Assembly: GCA_964016885.1 (NCBI GenBank)
Contig: OZ024741.1
Span: forward strand, 119,722,001 to 119,786,000
Direction: 5' to 3'
Length of the DNA: 64,000 bases
Source of the DNA: Eledone cirrhosa
Lineage: Eukaryota
Shown here: piece by piece, positions 54,131-64,000 of the stretch
How positions within the stretch are numbered: position 1 is the first letter of the stretch
How the letters are laid out: every line of letters begins with the position of its first letter
Position numbers and translations under genes: made by a program
The notes under the pieces: generated by a model
The model's input: only the letters and a program-made list of their open reading frames with translations
What the model was told of the DNA's origin: nothing
Databases searched by the model: none

Positions 54131-56246
54131 TTACCGTACTTTTGGTAGAGGAGGGATGGTTTTTACATCCCTTTTCTGATCGTCTGGTGAAGGGACCGTT
54201 GAATCGTCCCTTCGGCTGGTCGTCGGCTCTTCTAAGAGAATGTCTGAATATACTCTTCGATTGATGGTTCCTCCTAGGTCCCTGAAATCACCAACTGCGT
54301 TGGGGAATTTCGTTTTAATGTTTGTGTATTGTTTCTGTGCTATTTTTAGCAGTCTTATGTTAGTTGGCGTTTTGATTGGTGCTGGTATTATGTAGTCCTG
54401 TTGTGAAATGTCTGTGTGTTCAATTATGTAAGTCATTAGTTTCTTGTTGTGTGTGTTTATTGCCGTGCATTTGTTTTTCTGGGGGTGGGGTGTGGTTCTG
54501 CTATTTTCTTGTCGTTGTTGCTGGGTGTGTGTGTTTTGTTGTTGTGTTTGCGATGTTGGTGCTTGTGGTGGTGGTGTTGAAGGTGTTGTTGGCGGTGGGG
54601 TTGTCGCCGGTGGTGATGGTGGTGCTGGTGTGGGTGGTGATGGTGTTGGTGGTGTTGCTGCTGTGGGTCTCTTTGCAGTAGACTTTACCCTTTTCTCATT
54701 TCTTTCCTCCCTTTTCAAAGGCGACGATGCGCTGCTTCTGCGTTTGTGCCTTCTTACAACCTTTTGCCACCCCTCTCCCACCTCACACTCCATGTCTGAT
54801 TCTGTGAGATCGGGGAGGGGTACCACTCTTTCACTTGTTGTTGTTGGTGATGTTTGCACTGGAGTCTCTGTTGCAGCTGCATTTGGTATTGCTGTTGTTG
54901 TTGTTAATATTTCCACTGCTGCTGCTGTTTTTGATTTCCGTGGCGTGGGTATGGGTGCCACGGACCTATCGTTCCTGGTTGCCGCTTGTCCTGTTGCTGC
55001 TAGCCGTGGAGCCGGTTTCGTAAGGAGGGGGGTTTTCTCCTTTCTCAGGGTCTTCTCGTTGCAGAAGGCCCTGAGGTGAGTCTTCGATCCACAGCGAAAG
55101 CATTTCGGGCGTTTTCCCTCAACACTTATGGGCAGTTGAGTGCCGTTATCGAAGTCTATCACATCCGGGATAGCTTCGATGCACTCCTGGTTGGTTTGGA
55201 TTAGCATCTCAATGGAGGTGCCGACCCAATCTTCTCTTACTTTTTTCTGTACTTGCAGTACAGTTGTTTTGTCCTCGATTCCGACGAGGACAGACGCGGC
55301 CAGCCAAGAAGGTGCCATCCCGGGGGACGGGGGGGGGGGGGGGACGGGGACGGGACGTGGGTCAGTTTGACCCTCACAATTTTTTACCCGCAGTAGGAGG
55401 GCACCAACACCATTTCCTCGCTCCTTAGGGTCACTAAGGATTGAGCCTTTGCCTCCTGGGGTGTGGCAAAAAGTACGTCTACGGTGGCATATTTTTTGCC
55501 TCGGGTGATGTGCGTTTTCCGCTGCCACACAGACCCTAAGGCTTTTTGTATTTGAGCCTCTGTGGCTCTTTCAACCCTACGGGATTTTGTACTTACTGTA
55601 CGGTACGTGACCGTACAGTGCTGTTGGGTTTCGAAAAATTTTTCCGCTGCCTTGCAGATTGGTCGGTGTCCAGTCTTTGTCACCATCTTCTTCGTTTCCT
55701 CTAATTCCTCATTTGTTATGAGGATTGTTTCCAGGTTTTTCGCAATACCTGCAAATCAGATTGGTTTTTCTTTGCTGCTGTTGTTGTTGTCGTCAGAGCT
55801 GCTGTTACTTTTGTTGTTGCTGCAGGTACTACGACTACTGCCTCCGCCGCTGTTGCTGTGGTTGTTGTTGGTGTTGCTGCTGCTAATGCTGTTGTTGTTT
55901 ATGCTGCTGGTGATGCTGTTGCGGCTGCTACTGTTGTTTTCATTGTCACTGTTGCTGTTGTTATTACGGCTGCTACTGCTACTATTCCTGACGTCAGACG
56001 AATGAAATGGGTTTTCGTATTTCCCGCACACCTGTTTCGTCGTTGTCGTCGTCGTCGTGGAGAAATCTTGCACGCTTTGCACGAGACTTTTCTTTTTTGT
56101 CGTCGCTTGCGAAAGAGAAGGGAGGGAGAGAGACACATTTAAAGAAGGGAGGGAGAGAGACAATCTTCTCTCTGCTGTAGTGATGATTGAGGAAGAAGAA
56201 GACGGAATGAGTGGGAGTTACCAATGAAAATTGTTTTTCGTAGCCA
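54131..56246 (-). pseudogene. ORF1, disrupted
   Basis: Split across ORFs 54131-55528, 55384-55686 and 55756-56163. Confidence 0.85.
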
Positions 56247-56463
56247 TGTTGTTTTTTTTGTTTAGAATAAATATTGGGCACAAAACCCCAATAAGTAGTT
56301 ATTTAACCCCGAAGGGCCAAATAACGGGCAGAAAGACCCCTCTCACGAGGAGGAGGGTGTTTTTGTCTACAAGTTCGTTAAAGTTTTAAACAATTTACAA
56401 TTGTTATAGCGTTCAAAATTTACAATACCTTACAGAGCCGAGCCTCCGTCAACCATAGCATTC

Positions 56464-56507
<44 letters not shown>

Positions 56508-56767
56508 TTTCTTTATTAACCACAAGGGTTTACATAAAGTAGACATTAAGGACAGTGCAGGACAATGCAGGACGGTACAAATGGGCATTTCTGCGTGTAA
56601 AAAAACAAAAACAGAGGATGTAACAAAAATAACAATGAAAATAACAATGAAAAATTCCCCAATAGGGGGGAGACTTCGGAGGGACATTTGTGGAGAAAGC
56701 CCAGTAAAAAGCCACAATGACCCTGACCACCAAGGCAAGTGCCCTCTCCCAGTTTTCCACCTTTAGT

Positions 56768-59700
56768 TTACAGATATATACTCAGAGTCGGCCCATTCAC
56801 TCGGGCCATTCTTGCTTCTCTCACCCATCTTTCAACAAAATGCTGGGAAGAGAGCACTTCCTTCTCTACTCTGATTTTCCTTTTCAAATGAAATTTGAAA
56901 AAGTCAATCAGAGCATCACCGAAGAGGTAAGTGCTCGTCTTCAGCCCTTTCAAACGTGTCCACCATACTATCTCTTTCGCCATGGCCACCAGACAGATAA
57001 AAACTGCCTGCCCTTCCCGGCTAAAGGAGGAGGGCGGGGCAATCCTCACGATAGACTCAGATGATAGCTGGATCCGTCCTAAACGCGACAGCAGGTGTTC
57101 GACATAAACCCACAAGTCAGCAATTTTCGGACACTGGACGAGTGCGTGCAGGACGGTTTCGTCGCCCTGCGCGCATCTCGGACATGCCCGGCTGACGGCA
57201 CCTCCATGCCTGTAGAGTCTATCCCGAACTGGCAAGGCTCCTCGGTAGCACTGCCAGGCCAGAGATTTCTGGAAGTTGTCCATAGGCCCTGGCCCGAAAG
57301 TTCTTCCGAAGAGATTGGCTAGTTGATTTTCGTCGACGCCTAGAGTTTCCCCAAGTACGTCGTCGCTCTTCCCCTCCACTAATCCTCTATAGAACGCCGA
57401 GGTGGAGTTTCCACCGATCACATTGCCCGATTGGTCGAGGGCTGTGAGCGCCTGAAGACATTCCAGTCTCCAGGCGCTCCCTCTCGGTCTTCGCTTGACC
57501 CAGGACTGCAGCTCCGTCAAGGAAACGAGCTGGGGAAAAACGCGTCTAGCAAACGGCGACCACACCTGATCACCGTCGAGGAAGAGGTGGAGATGTCGTA
57601 GCCTGAGCGCGTGCCTGCGCATCATCAGCCACGGCATGCCCAGCCCTCCACGTAGCGGGTGTTGACAACAGATGGACCGCCTGACCATCGGAGCACGTCC
57701 CTTCCACAAAAAGCGAAAGAGCAAACGCTCCAGCGCAGTCAGGCGAGGCTTAGGACAAGGTACGACGGTTAGGCGGTAGCAGATGACAGACGCGATGTAC
57801 GCGTTAGCCACCTCCGCTCGACCTTTCAGGGATAGCTTCCTCTCCGCCCATTTCTGGGTGAGAGAAGCCACCCTGCTCGTCACCTCGTCCCAGTTTTTGT
57901 CCGTCTGGAGGTCCGGACCGAACCAGACCCCTAGCAATTTAACCGGTCCGTCCGTCCAGCGCCCGACGACGCTGTTGGACGGCATGGACCTGCCTCTCCA
58001 GGTGCCGAGCTGCAGGCCCACTGACTTTTCCTGGTTGATCATTGCTCCTGTCACCGCTTCGTATTCTCTTAGTGTAGTGCCGATCGCCTCGATGTGTTTG
58101 GCGTTCGACACCACTACGGTGACATCGTCCGCATATGCTGACACGGATCTTCCGCATCCTAGTTCGCGCGGGACTCCCCTCAACGTCTCCAGTTTGTGCA
58201 GTAATGGCTCGAGAGTCAATACGTACAAGAGGGACGAGAGGGGACATCCTTGGCGGACCGAGCGCATGATGTTGAACGGTTCCGACAGGTGACCGTTCAC
58301 TCTCACCACAGAGCAGATGTCGCTGTGCATGGCAGCGATCCAGCCTCTGAAGACGGGCCCAAAGCCAGCCGCCCTCAGGACTGCCGCTAGGTAACGATGG
58401 TCGACCCTATCGAAAGCTTTCGACTGATCTAAATTGATCAAGGACCCACCCGTGCCAGGTTCCCTAGCTACCCTCTCTACGATGTATCGCATGAGGTGGA
58501 GGTTGTCGTGGATGGATCTGTCGGGAATGGCGCATGTCTGCGCCTCTCCCACCAGACCACCAACGACAAGCGCCAACCTCTTTGCTAGCACCTTGGCCAA
58601 AATCTTAAACTCTGTGTTTAGCAGAGTTATGGGCCGGAAATTGTCTATGTTATCCCCCTTGTTCGGATCCTTTCTCAGCAGTGCCACCGCTCCTCGGCTC
58701 ACAGAACTGGGAATTCTCCCGTTCTGTTGCCAGTTGCAGTAGACGTCCGCCAAGAGGCCTCCGAACAAGTCTGGCATCTGTACGTAAAGTTCATAGGGCA
58801 GACCATCCAAACCAGGCGATTTACCCCTTGTGCAGCCAGTCATTGCCTCCCGTACTTCAGCGGCTGTTATCGGCTTTTCGCAACACTTCGCCTCAGTGGC
58901 CGAGAGCCGCGGCAGTCCGTCGAGGTAGACACTAAAGTCCATCCCTCTACCCGGCCCCCCGCTGCCCCCGAACAGCTGAGCGAAGTGTCGCTGAAAAGCT
59001 TCACACATTTGCCCGGGATCGAGTAGCATGCGCCCGTCGTGGTCCACCAAAGACCGGATCGTGGCTTTGTTGCCACGACGCGCCTCCGCCACTCGGGCCC
59101 ATTGAACGGCTTTCGTCCCCTCGTGTCTGAGAGCACGCACCCTAGCTCTGACAACGCAGCCTTCGTGCTTTGCATTGAAGAATTGGTCAAGGGCCAATTT
59201 CGCCGCAAGCACGTCGGTCGCAATGCCTTTGCTAAGCGCCTCGTCTAATTTTCTAACTAGTTCTCCCTCTGCTCTATTTTTCTCTATTGCTAAAGCCTTA
59301 CTAAACCTAATCGATTCTATTCTAATCGCTCTTTTCAGAGCAAACCACCACTTGTTGTTGACGATGGCCCCCGTCAACGCCCGCTTAACTAGTTCGCTAA
59401 TCCGGTCTCTGTAGGCCTTGCGCGCTGGTAAGGACGCGTTTAGCTTCCAGTAGCCGGGTCCTCGTCTATGAAGCCTATCTAAGTCAAGCACACAGATCAC
59501 GAATTTGTGGTCCGTGTAGCTGACTATCTTGAATTGTGGACAGCCTATGCTAGACCTATCTATTTCCCTACAAAATACTCTATCTAGATATGATCTGGAT
59601 GACCCTATGCGGTTTGTCCAAGTCCACATTGGCACATTCGGGAAATCCAATCGGTACCTGTCAGACAGTTCAAAACGCCTGAGCAGGTTGGTGAGGCTCT

Positions 59701-60187
59701 TGCACCCTCCACCCCTATCCGCTAATCCCACACAGTCCCAGCGTGCATCTAAGATCCCGTTCCAGTCGCCCACTAACACTAAAGAGCGCGACGTTCCAAG
59801 AAAGGTCTCCAGACGCCGGAAGAAATCAGGCCGCCCTGCTCCTGTCGGGGCATAGACGGCCACTAGCCTGAAAGCTTGCCCGTCTCCGCTGGTCACGTCC
59901 AGCACCACCAGCTTACCCTCTGGGTCCAGGAAGATGGCCCGTATGGCGAGATCCAAACCTCTCCGAAAAAGCACAGCAACTCCTCCACCGGATCCAGGAC
60001 GGCTGGGAGATGCGTACACATCGTAGCCGCCGAAGATCGGTGCGAAGGCCCGTGCTTCGGAGATTCTGGTCTCGCTGATGGCCACTACATCTATGTTTAG
60101 TGACCTGAGGTCGTTGAGCAGGTGACCCTGCTTCCATGACGACCCCAAGCCACGCGCATTTATGCTGCCTATTCTGAGTGAGGTCAT
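56768..60187 (-). CDS. ORF2: APE endonuclease + RT + CCHC finger (1139 aa, L1/Tx1 group)
   Basis: SINARGL, ISET, VYAP, GDWN, SYLDR, YTDH, PGYWKLN, KSPGLDG, RQGCPLS, AYADD, CPRC...ETVLHALVQC. Confidence 0.95.
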   Translation of the reverse strand: MTSLRIGSINARGLGSSWKQGHLLNDLRSLNIDVVAISETRISEARAFAPIFGGYDVYASPSRPGSGGGVAVLFRRGLDLAIRAIFLDPEGKLVVLDVTSGDGQAFRLVAVYAPTGAGRPDFFRRLETFLGTSRSLVLVGDWNGILDARWDCVGLADRGGGCKSLTNLLRRFELSDRYRLDFPNVPMWTWTNRIGSSRSYLDRVFCREIDRSSIGCPQFKIVSYTDHKFVICVLDLDRLHRRGPGYWKLNASLPARKAYRDRISELVKRALTGAIVNNKWWFALKRAIRIESIRFSKALAIEKNRAEGELVRKLDEALSKGIATDVLAAKLALDQFFNAKHEGCVVRARVRALRHEGTKAVQWARVAEARRGNKATIRSLVDHDGRMLLDPGQMCEAFQRHFAQLFGGSGGPGRGMDFSVYLDGLPRLSATEAKCCEKPITAAEVREAMTGCTRGKSPGLDGLPYELYVQMPDLFGGLLADVYCNWQQNGRIPSSVSRGAVALLRKDPNKGDNIDNFRPITLLNTEFKILAKVLAKRLALVVGGLVGEAQTCAIPDRSIHDNLHLMRYIVERVAREPGTGGSLINLDQSKAFDRVDHRYLAAVLRAAGFGPVFRGWIAAMHSDICSVVRVNGHLSEPFNIMRSVRQGCPLSSLLYVLTLEPLLHKLETLRGVPRELGCGRSVSAYADDVTVVVSNAKHIEAIGTTLREYEAVTGAMINQEKSVGLQLGTWRGRSMPSNSVVGRWTDGPVKLLGVWFGPDLQTDKNWDEVTSRVASLTQKWAERKLSLKGRAEVANAYIASVICYRLTVVPCPKPRLTALERLLFRFLWKGRAPMVRRSICCQHPLRGGLGMPWLMMRRHALRLRHLHLFLDGDQVWSPFARRVFPQLVSLTELQSWVKRRPRGSAWRLECLQALTALDQSGNVIGGNSTSAFYRGLVEGKSDDVLGETLGVDENQLANLFGRTFGPGPMDNFQKSLAWQCYRGALPVRDRLYRHGGAVSRACPRCAQGDETVLHALVQCPKIADLWVYVEHLLSRLGRIQLSSESIVRIAPPSSFSREGQAVFICLVAMAKEIVWWTRLKGLKTSTYLFGDALIDFFKFHLKRKIRVEKEVLSSQHFVERWVREARMARVNGPTLSIYL

Positions 60188-60222
60188 GTTTAAAATAGAG
60201 TGGAAAAGATGGGAAAGACCAC

Positions 60223-62316
60223 TTACCGTATTTTTGGTAGAGGAGGGATGGTTTTTACATCCCTTTTCACTTGATCGTCTGGTGAAGGGACCGTTGAATC
60301 GTCCCTTCGGCTGGTCGTCGGCTCTTCTAAGAGAATGTCTGAATATACTCTTCGATTAATGGTTCCTCCTAGGTCCCTGAAATCACCAACTGCGTTGGGG
60401 AATTTCGTTTTAATGTTTGTGTATTGTTTCTGTGCTATTTTTAGCAGTCTTATGTTAGTTGGCGTTTTGATTGGTGCTGGTATTATGTAGTCCTGTTGTG
60501 AAATGTCTGTGTGTTCAATTATGTAAGTCATTAGTTTCTTGTTGTGTGTGTTTATTGCCGTGCATTTGTTTTTCTGGGGGTGGGGTGTGGTTCTGCTATT
60601 TTCTTGTCGTTGTTGCTGGGTGTGTGTGTTTTGTTGTTGTGTTTGCGATGTTGGTGCTTGTGGTGTTGAAGGTGTTGTTGGCGGTGGGGTTGTCGCCGGT
60701 GGTGATGGTGGTGCTGGTGTGGGTGGTGATGGTGTTGGTGGTGTTGCTGCTGTGGGTCTCTTTGCAGTAGACTTTACCCTTTTCTCATTTCTTTCCTCCC
60801 TTTTCAAAGGCGACGATGCGCTGCTTCTGCGTTTGTGCCTTCTTGAGACCTTTTGCCATCCCTCTCCCACCTCACACTCCATGTCTGATTCTGTAAGGTC
60901 GGGGAGGGGTACCAGCTCCACTCTTTCACTTGTTGTTGTTGGTGATGTTTGCACTGGAGTCTCTGTTGCAGCTGCATTTGGTATTGCTGTTGTTGTTGTT
61001 AATATTTCCACTGCTGCTGCTGTCTTTGATTTCCGTGGAGTGGGTATGGGTGCCACGGACCTATCGTTCCTGGTTGCCGCTTGTCCTGTTGCTGGTAGCC
61101 GTGGAACCGGATTCGGGAGGAGGGGGGTTTTCTCCTTTCTCAGGGTCTTCTCGTTGCAGAAGGCCCTGAGGTGAGTCTTCGATCCACAGCGAAAGCATTT
61201 CGGGCGTTTGCCCTCAACACTTATGGGCAGTTGAGTGCCGTTATCGAAGTCTATCACATCCGGGATAGCTTCGATGCACTCCTGGTTGGTTTGGATTAGC
61301 ATCTCAATGGAGGAGCCGACCCAATCTTCTCTTACTTTTTTCTGTACTTGCAGTACAGTTGTTTTGTCCTCGATTCCGACGAGGACAGACGCGGCCAGCC
61401 AAGAAGGGGTCATTCCGGGGGGGACGTGGGTCAGTTTGACCCTCACAATTTTTTGCCCGCAGTAGGAGGGCACCAACACCATTTCCTCGCTCCTTAGGGT
61501 CACTACTGATTGGGCCTTTGCCTCCTGGGGTGTGGCAAAAAGTACGTCTACGGTGGCGTATTTTTTGCCTCGGGTGATGTGCGTTTTCCTCTGCCACACA
61601 GACCCCAAGGCTTTTTGTATTTGGGCCTCTGTGGCTCTTTCCACCCTACGGGATTTTGTACTTACTGTACGGTACGTGACCGTACAGTGCTCTTGGGTTT
61701 CGAAAAAATTTTTCGCTGCCTTGCAGATTGCTCGGTGTCCGTTCTTTGTCACCATCTTCTTCGCTTCCTCTAATTCCTCATTTGTTATGAGGATTGTTTC
61801 CAGGTTTTTCGCAATACCTGCAAATGAGATTGGTTTTTCTCTGCTGTTGTTGTTGTCGTCAGAGCTGCTGGTACTTTTGTTGTTGCTGCAGGTACTACGA
61901 CTACTGCCTCCGCCGCTGTTGCTGTGGTTGTTGTTGGTGTTGCTGCTGCTAATGCTGTTGTTGTTTATGCTGCTGGTGATGCTGTTGCGGCTGCTACTGT
62001 TGTTTTCATTGTCACTGTTGCTGTTGTTATTACGGCTGCTACTGCTATTATTCCTGACGTCAGACGAATGAACTGGGTTTTCGTATTTCCCGCACACCTG
62101 TTTCGTCGCTGTCGTCGTCGTCGTGGAGAAACCTTGCACGCTTTGCACGAGACTTTTCTTTTCTTTCGTCGCTTGCGAAAGAGAAGGTAGGGAGAGAGAC
62201 ACATTTAAAGAAGGGAGGGAGAGAGACAATCTTCTCTCTCCTGTAGTGATGATTGAGGAAGAAGAAGACGGAATGAGTGGGAGTGACGTATGAAATTTTT
62301 TTTTTTTGGTAGCCAT
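60223..62316 (-). CDS. ORF1: nucleic-acid-binding protein with zinc knuckle (~697 aa from the first ATG)
   Basis: CFRCGSKTHLRAFC; S/N-rich and P/T-rich low-complexity segments; lies upstream of ORF2. Confidence 0.85.
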   Translation of the reverse strand: MATKKKKFHTSLPLIPSSSSSIITTGERRLSLSLPSLNVSLSLPSLSQATKEKKSLVQSVQGFSTTTTTATKQVCGKYENPVHSSDVRNNSSSSRNNNSNSDNENNSSSRNSITSSINNNSISSSNTNNNHSNSGGGSSRSTCSNNKSTSSSDDNNNSREKPISFAGIAKNLETILITNEELEEAKKMVTKNGHRAICKAAKNFFETQEHCTVTYRTVSTKSRRVERATEAQIQKALGSVWQRKTHITRGKKYATVDVLFATPQEAKAQSVVTLRSEEMVLVPSYCGQKIVRVKLTHVPPGMTPSWLAASVLVGIEDKTTVLQVQKKVREDWVGSSIEMLIQTNQECIEAIPDVIDFDNGTQLPISVEGKRPKCFRCGSKTHLRAFCNEKTLRKEKTPLLPNPVPRLPATGQAATRNDRSVAPIPTPRKSKTAAAVEILTTTTAIPNAAATETPVQTSPTTTSERVELVPLPDLTESDMECEVGEGWQKVSRRHKRRSSASSPLKREERNEKRVKSTAKRPTAATPPTPSPPTPAPPSPPATTPPPTTPSTPQAPTSQTQQQNTHTQQQRQENSRTTPHPQKNKCTAINTHNKKLMTYIIEHTDISQQDYIIPAPIKTPTNIRLLKIAQKQYTNIKTKFPNAVGDFRDLGGTINRRVYSDILLEEPTTSRRDDSTVPSPDDQVKRDVKTIPPLPKIR

Positions 62317-62553
62317 GTTTTTTTGTTTAAAATGAAATTTTGGGTACAAAACCCCAATAACTGGCTATTTAACCCCGAAGGGCCAAATAACGGACAGAAA
62401 GACCCCTCTCACGAGGAGGAGGGTGTCTTTATCAACAATTTGGTTCAAGTTTTAAACAATTTACAATTGTTTTAACGGTTAAAAATTACTATACCTTACA
62501 GAGCCGAGCCTCCGTCAACCATGGCATTCAATAATAATAATAATAATAATAAT

Positions 62554-64000
62554 GATTTCTTTATTAACCACAAGGGTTTACATAAAGTAGACATTAAGGA
62601 CAGTGCAGGACAATGCAGGGCGGTACAAATGGGCATTTCTGCGTGTAAAAAAACAAAAACAGAGGATGTAACAAAAATAACAATGAAAATAACAATGAAA
62701 AATTCCCCAATAGGGGGGAGACTTCGGAGGGACATTTGTGGAGAAAGCCCAGTAAAAAGCCACAATGACCCTGACCACCAAGGCAAGTGCCCTCTCCCAG
62801 TTTTCCACCTTTAGTTTACAGATATATACTCAGAGTCGGCCCATTCACTCGGGCCATTCTTGCTTCTCTCACCCATCTTTCAACAAAATGCTGGGAAGAG
62901 AGCACTTCCTTCTCTACTCTGATTTTCCTTTTCAAATGAAATTTGAAAAAGTCAATCAGAGCATCACCGAAGAGGTAAGTGCTCGTCTTCAGCCCTTTCA
63001 AACGTGTCCACCATACTATCTCTTTCGCCATGGCCACCAGACAGATAAAAACTGCCTGCCCTTCCCGGCTAAAGGAGGAGGGCGGGGCAATCCTCACGAT
63101 AGACTCAGATGATAGCTGGATCCGTCCTAAACGCGACAGCAGGTGTTCGACATAAACCCACAAGTCAGCAATTTTCGGACACTGGACGAGTGCGTGCAGG
63201 ACGGTTTCGTCGCCCTGCGCGCATCTCGGACATGCCCGGCTGACGGCACCTCCATGCCTGTAGAGTTTATCCCGAACTGGCAAGGCTCCTCGGTAGCACT
63301 GCCAGGCCAGAGATTTCTGGAAGTTGTCCATAGGCCCTGGCCCGAAAGTTCTTCCGAAGAGATTGGCTAGTTGATTTTCGTCGACGCCTAGAGTTTCCCC
63401 AAGTACGTCGTCGCTCTTCCCCTCCACTAATCCTCTATAGAACGCCGAGGTGGAGTTTCCACCGATCACATTGCCCGATTGGTCGAGGGCTGTGAGCGCC
63501 TGAAGACATTCCAGTCTCCAGGCGCTCCCTCTCGGTCTTCGCTTGACCCAGGACTGCAGCTCCGTCAAGGAAACGAGCTGGGGAAAAACGCGTCTAGCAA
63601 ACGGCGACCACACCTGATCACCGTCGAGGAAGAGGTGGAGATGTCGTAGCCTGAGCGCGTGCCTGCGCATCATCAGCCACGGCATGCCCAGCCCTCCACG
63701 TAGCGGGTGTTGACAACAGATGGACCGCCTGACCATCGGAGCACGTCCCTTCCACAAAAAGCGAAAGAGCAAACGCTCCAGCGCAGTCAGGCGAGGCTTA
63801 GGACAAGGTACGACGGTTAGGCGGTAGCAGATGACAGACGCGATGTACGCGTTAGCCACCTCCGCTCGACCTTTCAGGGATAGCTTCCTCTCCGCCCATT
63901 TCTGGGTGAGAGAAGCCACCCTGCTCGTCACCTCGTCCCAGTTTTTGTCCGTCTGGAGGTCCGGACCGAACCAGACCCCTAGCAATTTAACCGGTCCGTC
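62554..64000 (-). mobile_element. Tx1-type LINE copy 3 (3' portion; continues beyond window)
   Basis: Nearly identical to 56506-57952; ORF2 frame open to 62816. Confidence 0.95.

Larger units (their letters stand above)
50749..56463 (-). mobile_element. Tx1-type LINE copy 1 (both ends present, damaged)
   Basis: Homologous to copy 2; deletions near 51060 and 51150; frameshifts near 51657 and 55330. Confidence 0.93.
56506..62529 (-). mobile_element. Tx1-type LINE copy 2, intact
   Basis: 5' UTR, ORF1, 35-nt spacer, ORF2, 3' UTR with AATAAA; bounded by (AAT)14 and (AAT)8. Confidence 0.95.

Noticed and set aside
51691-63370. Numerous + strand ORFs over the Tx1 copies
   Set aside because: Antisense shadows of GC-rich coding sequence, repeated only because the element is repeated

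Overview
AT-rich, microsatellite-dense animal DNA with no recognisable host gene. The long TA tracts and SINE-like repeats suggest an octopus/cephalopod, which is inference only. Nearly everything interpretable is mobile DNA, sorted by microsatellite type. (TA)n tracts host Penelope-like elements and small non-coding elements that carry type-I hammerhead ribozyme (HHR) motifs. Two of these (2.6-3.2 kb and 16.3-16.9 kb) are ~480-nt units with a 70-76 nt terminal redundancy, as expected from reverse transcription of a self-cleaving circular RNA. From ~43 kb to the window end, (AAT)n tracts separate a chain of non-LTR retrotransposons: three R4/Dong-type RLE elements on + (one with an intact 1216-aa ORF) and four Tx1-type elements on - (one with intact ORF1 and ORF2). 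Also present are a non-autonomous LTR element with TG...TA termini plus a related solo LTR, a decayed Helitron with nested insertions, CRE-like and mariner/Tc1 relics, and a ~0.95-kb duplication. All alignments and folds were done by eye.
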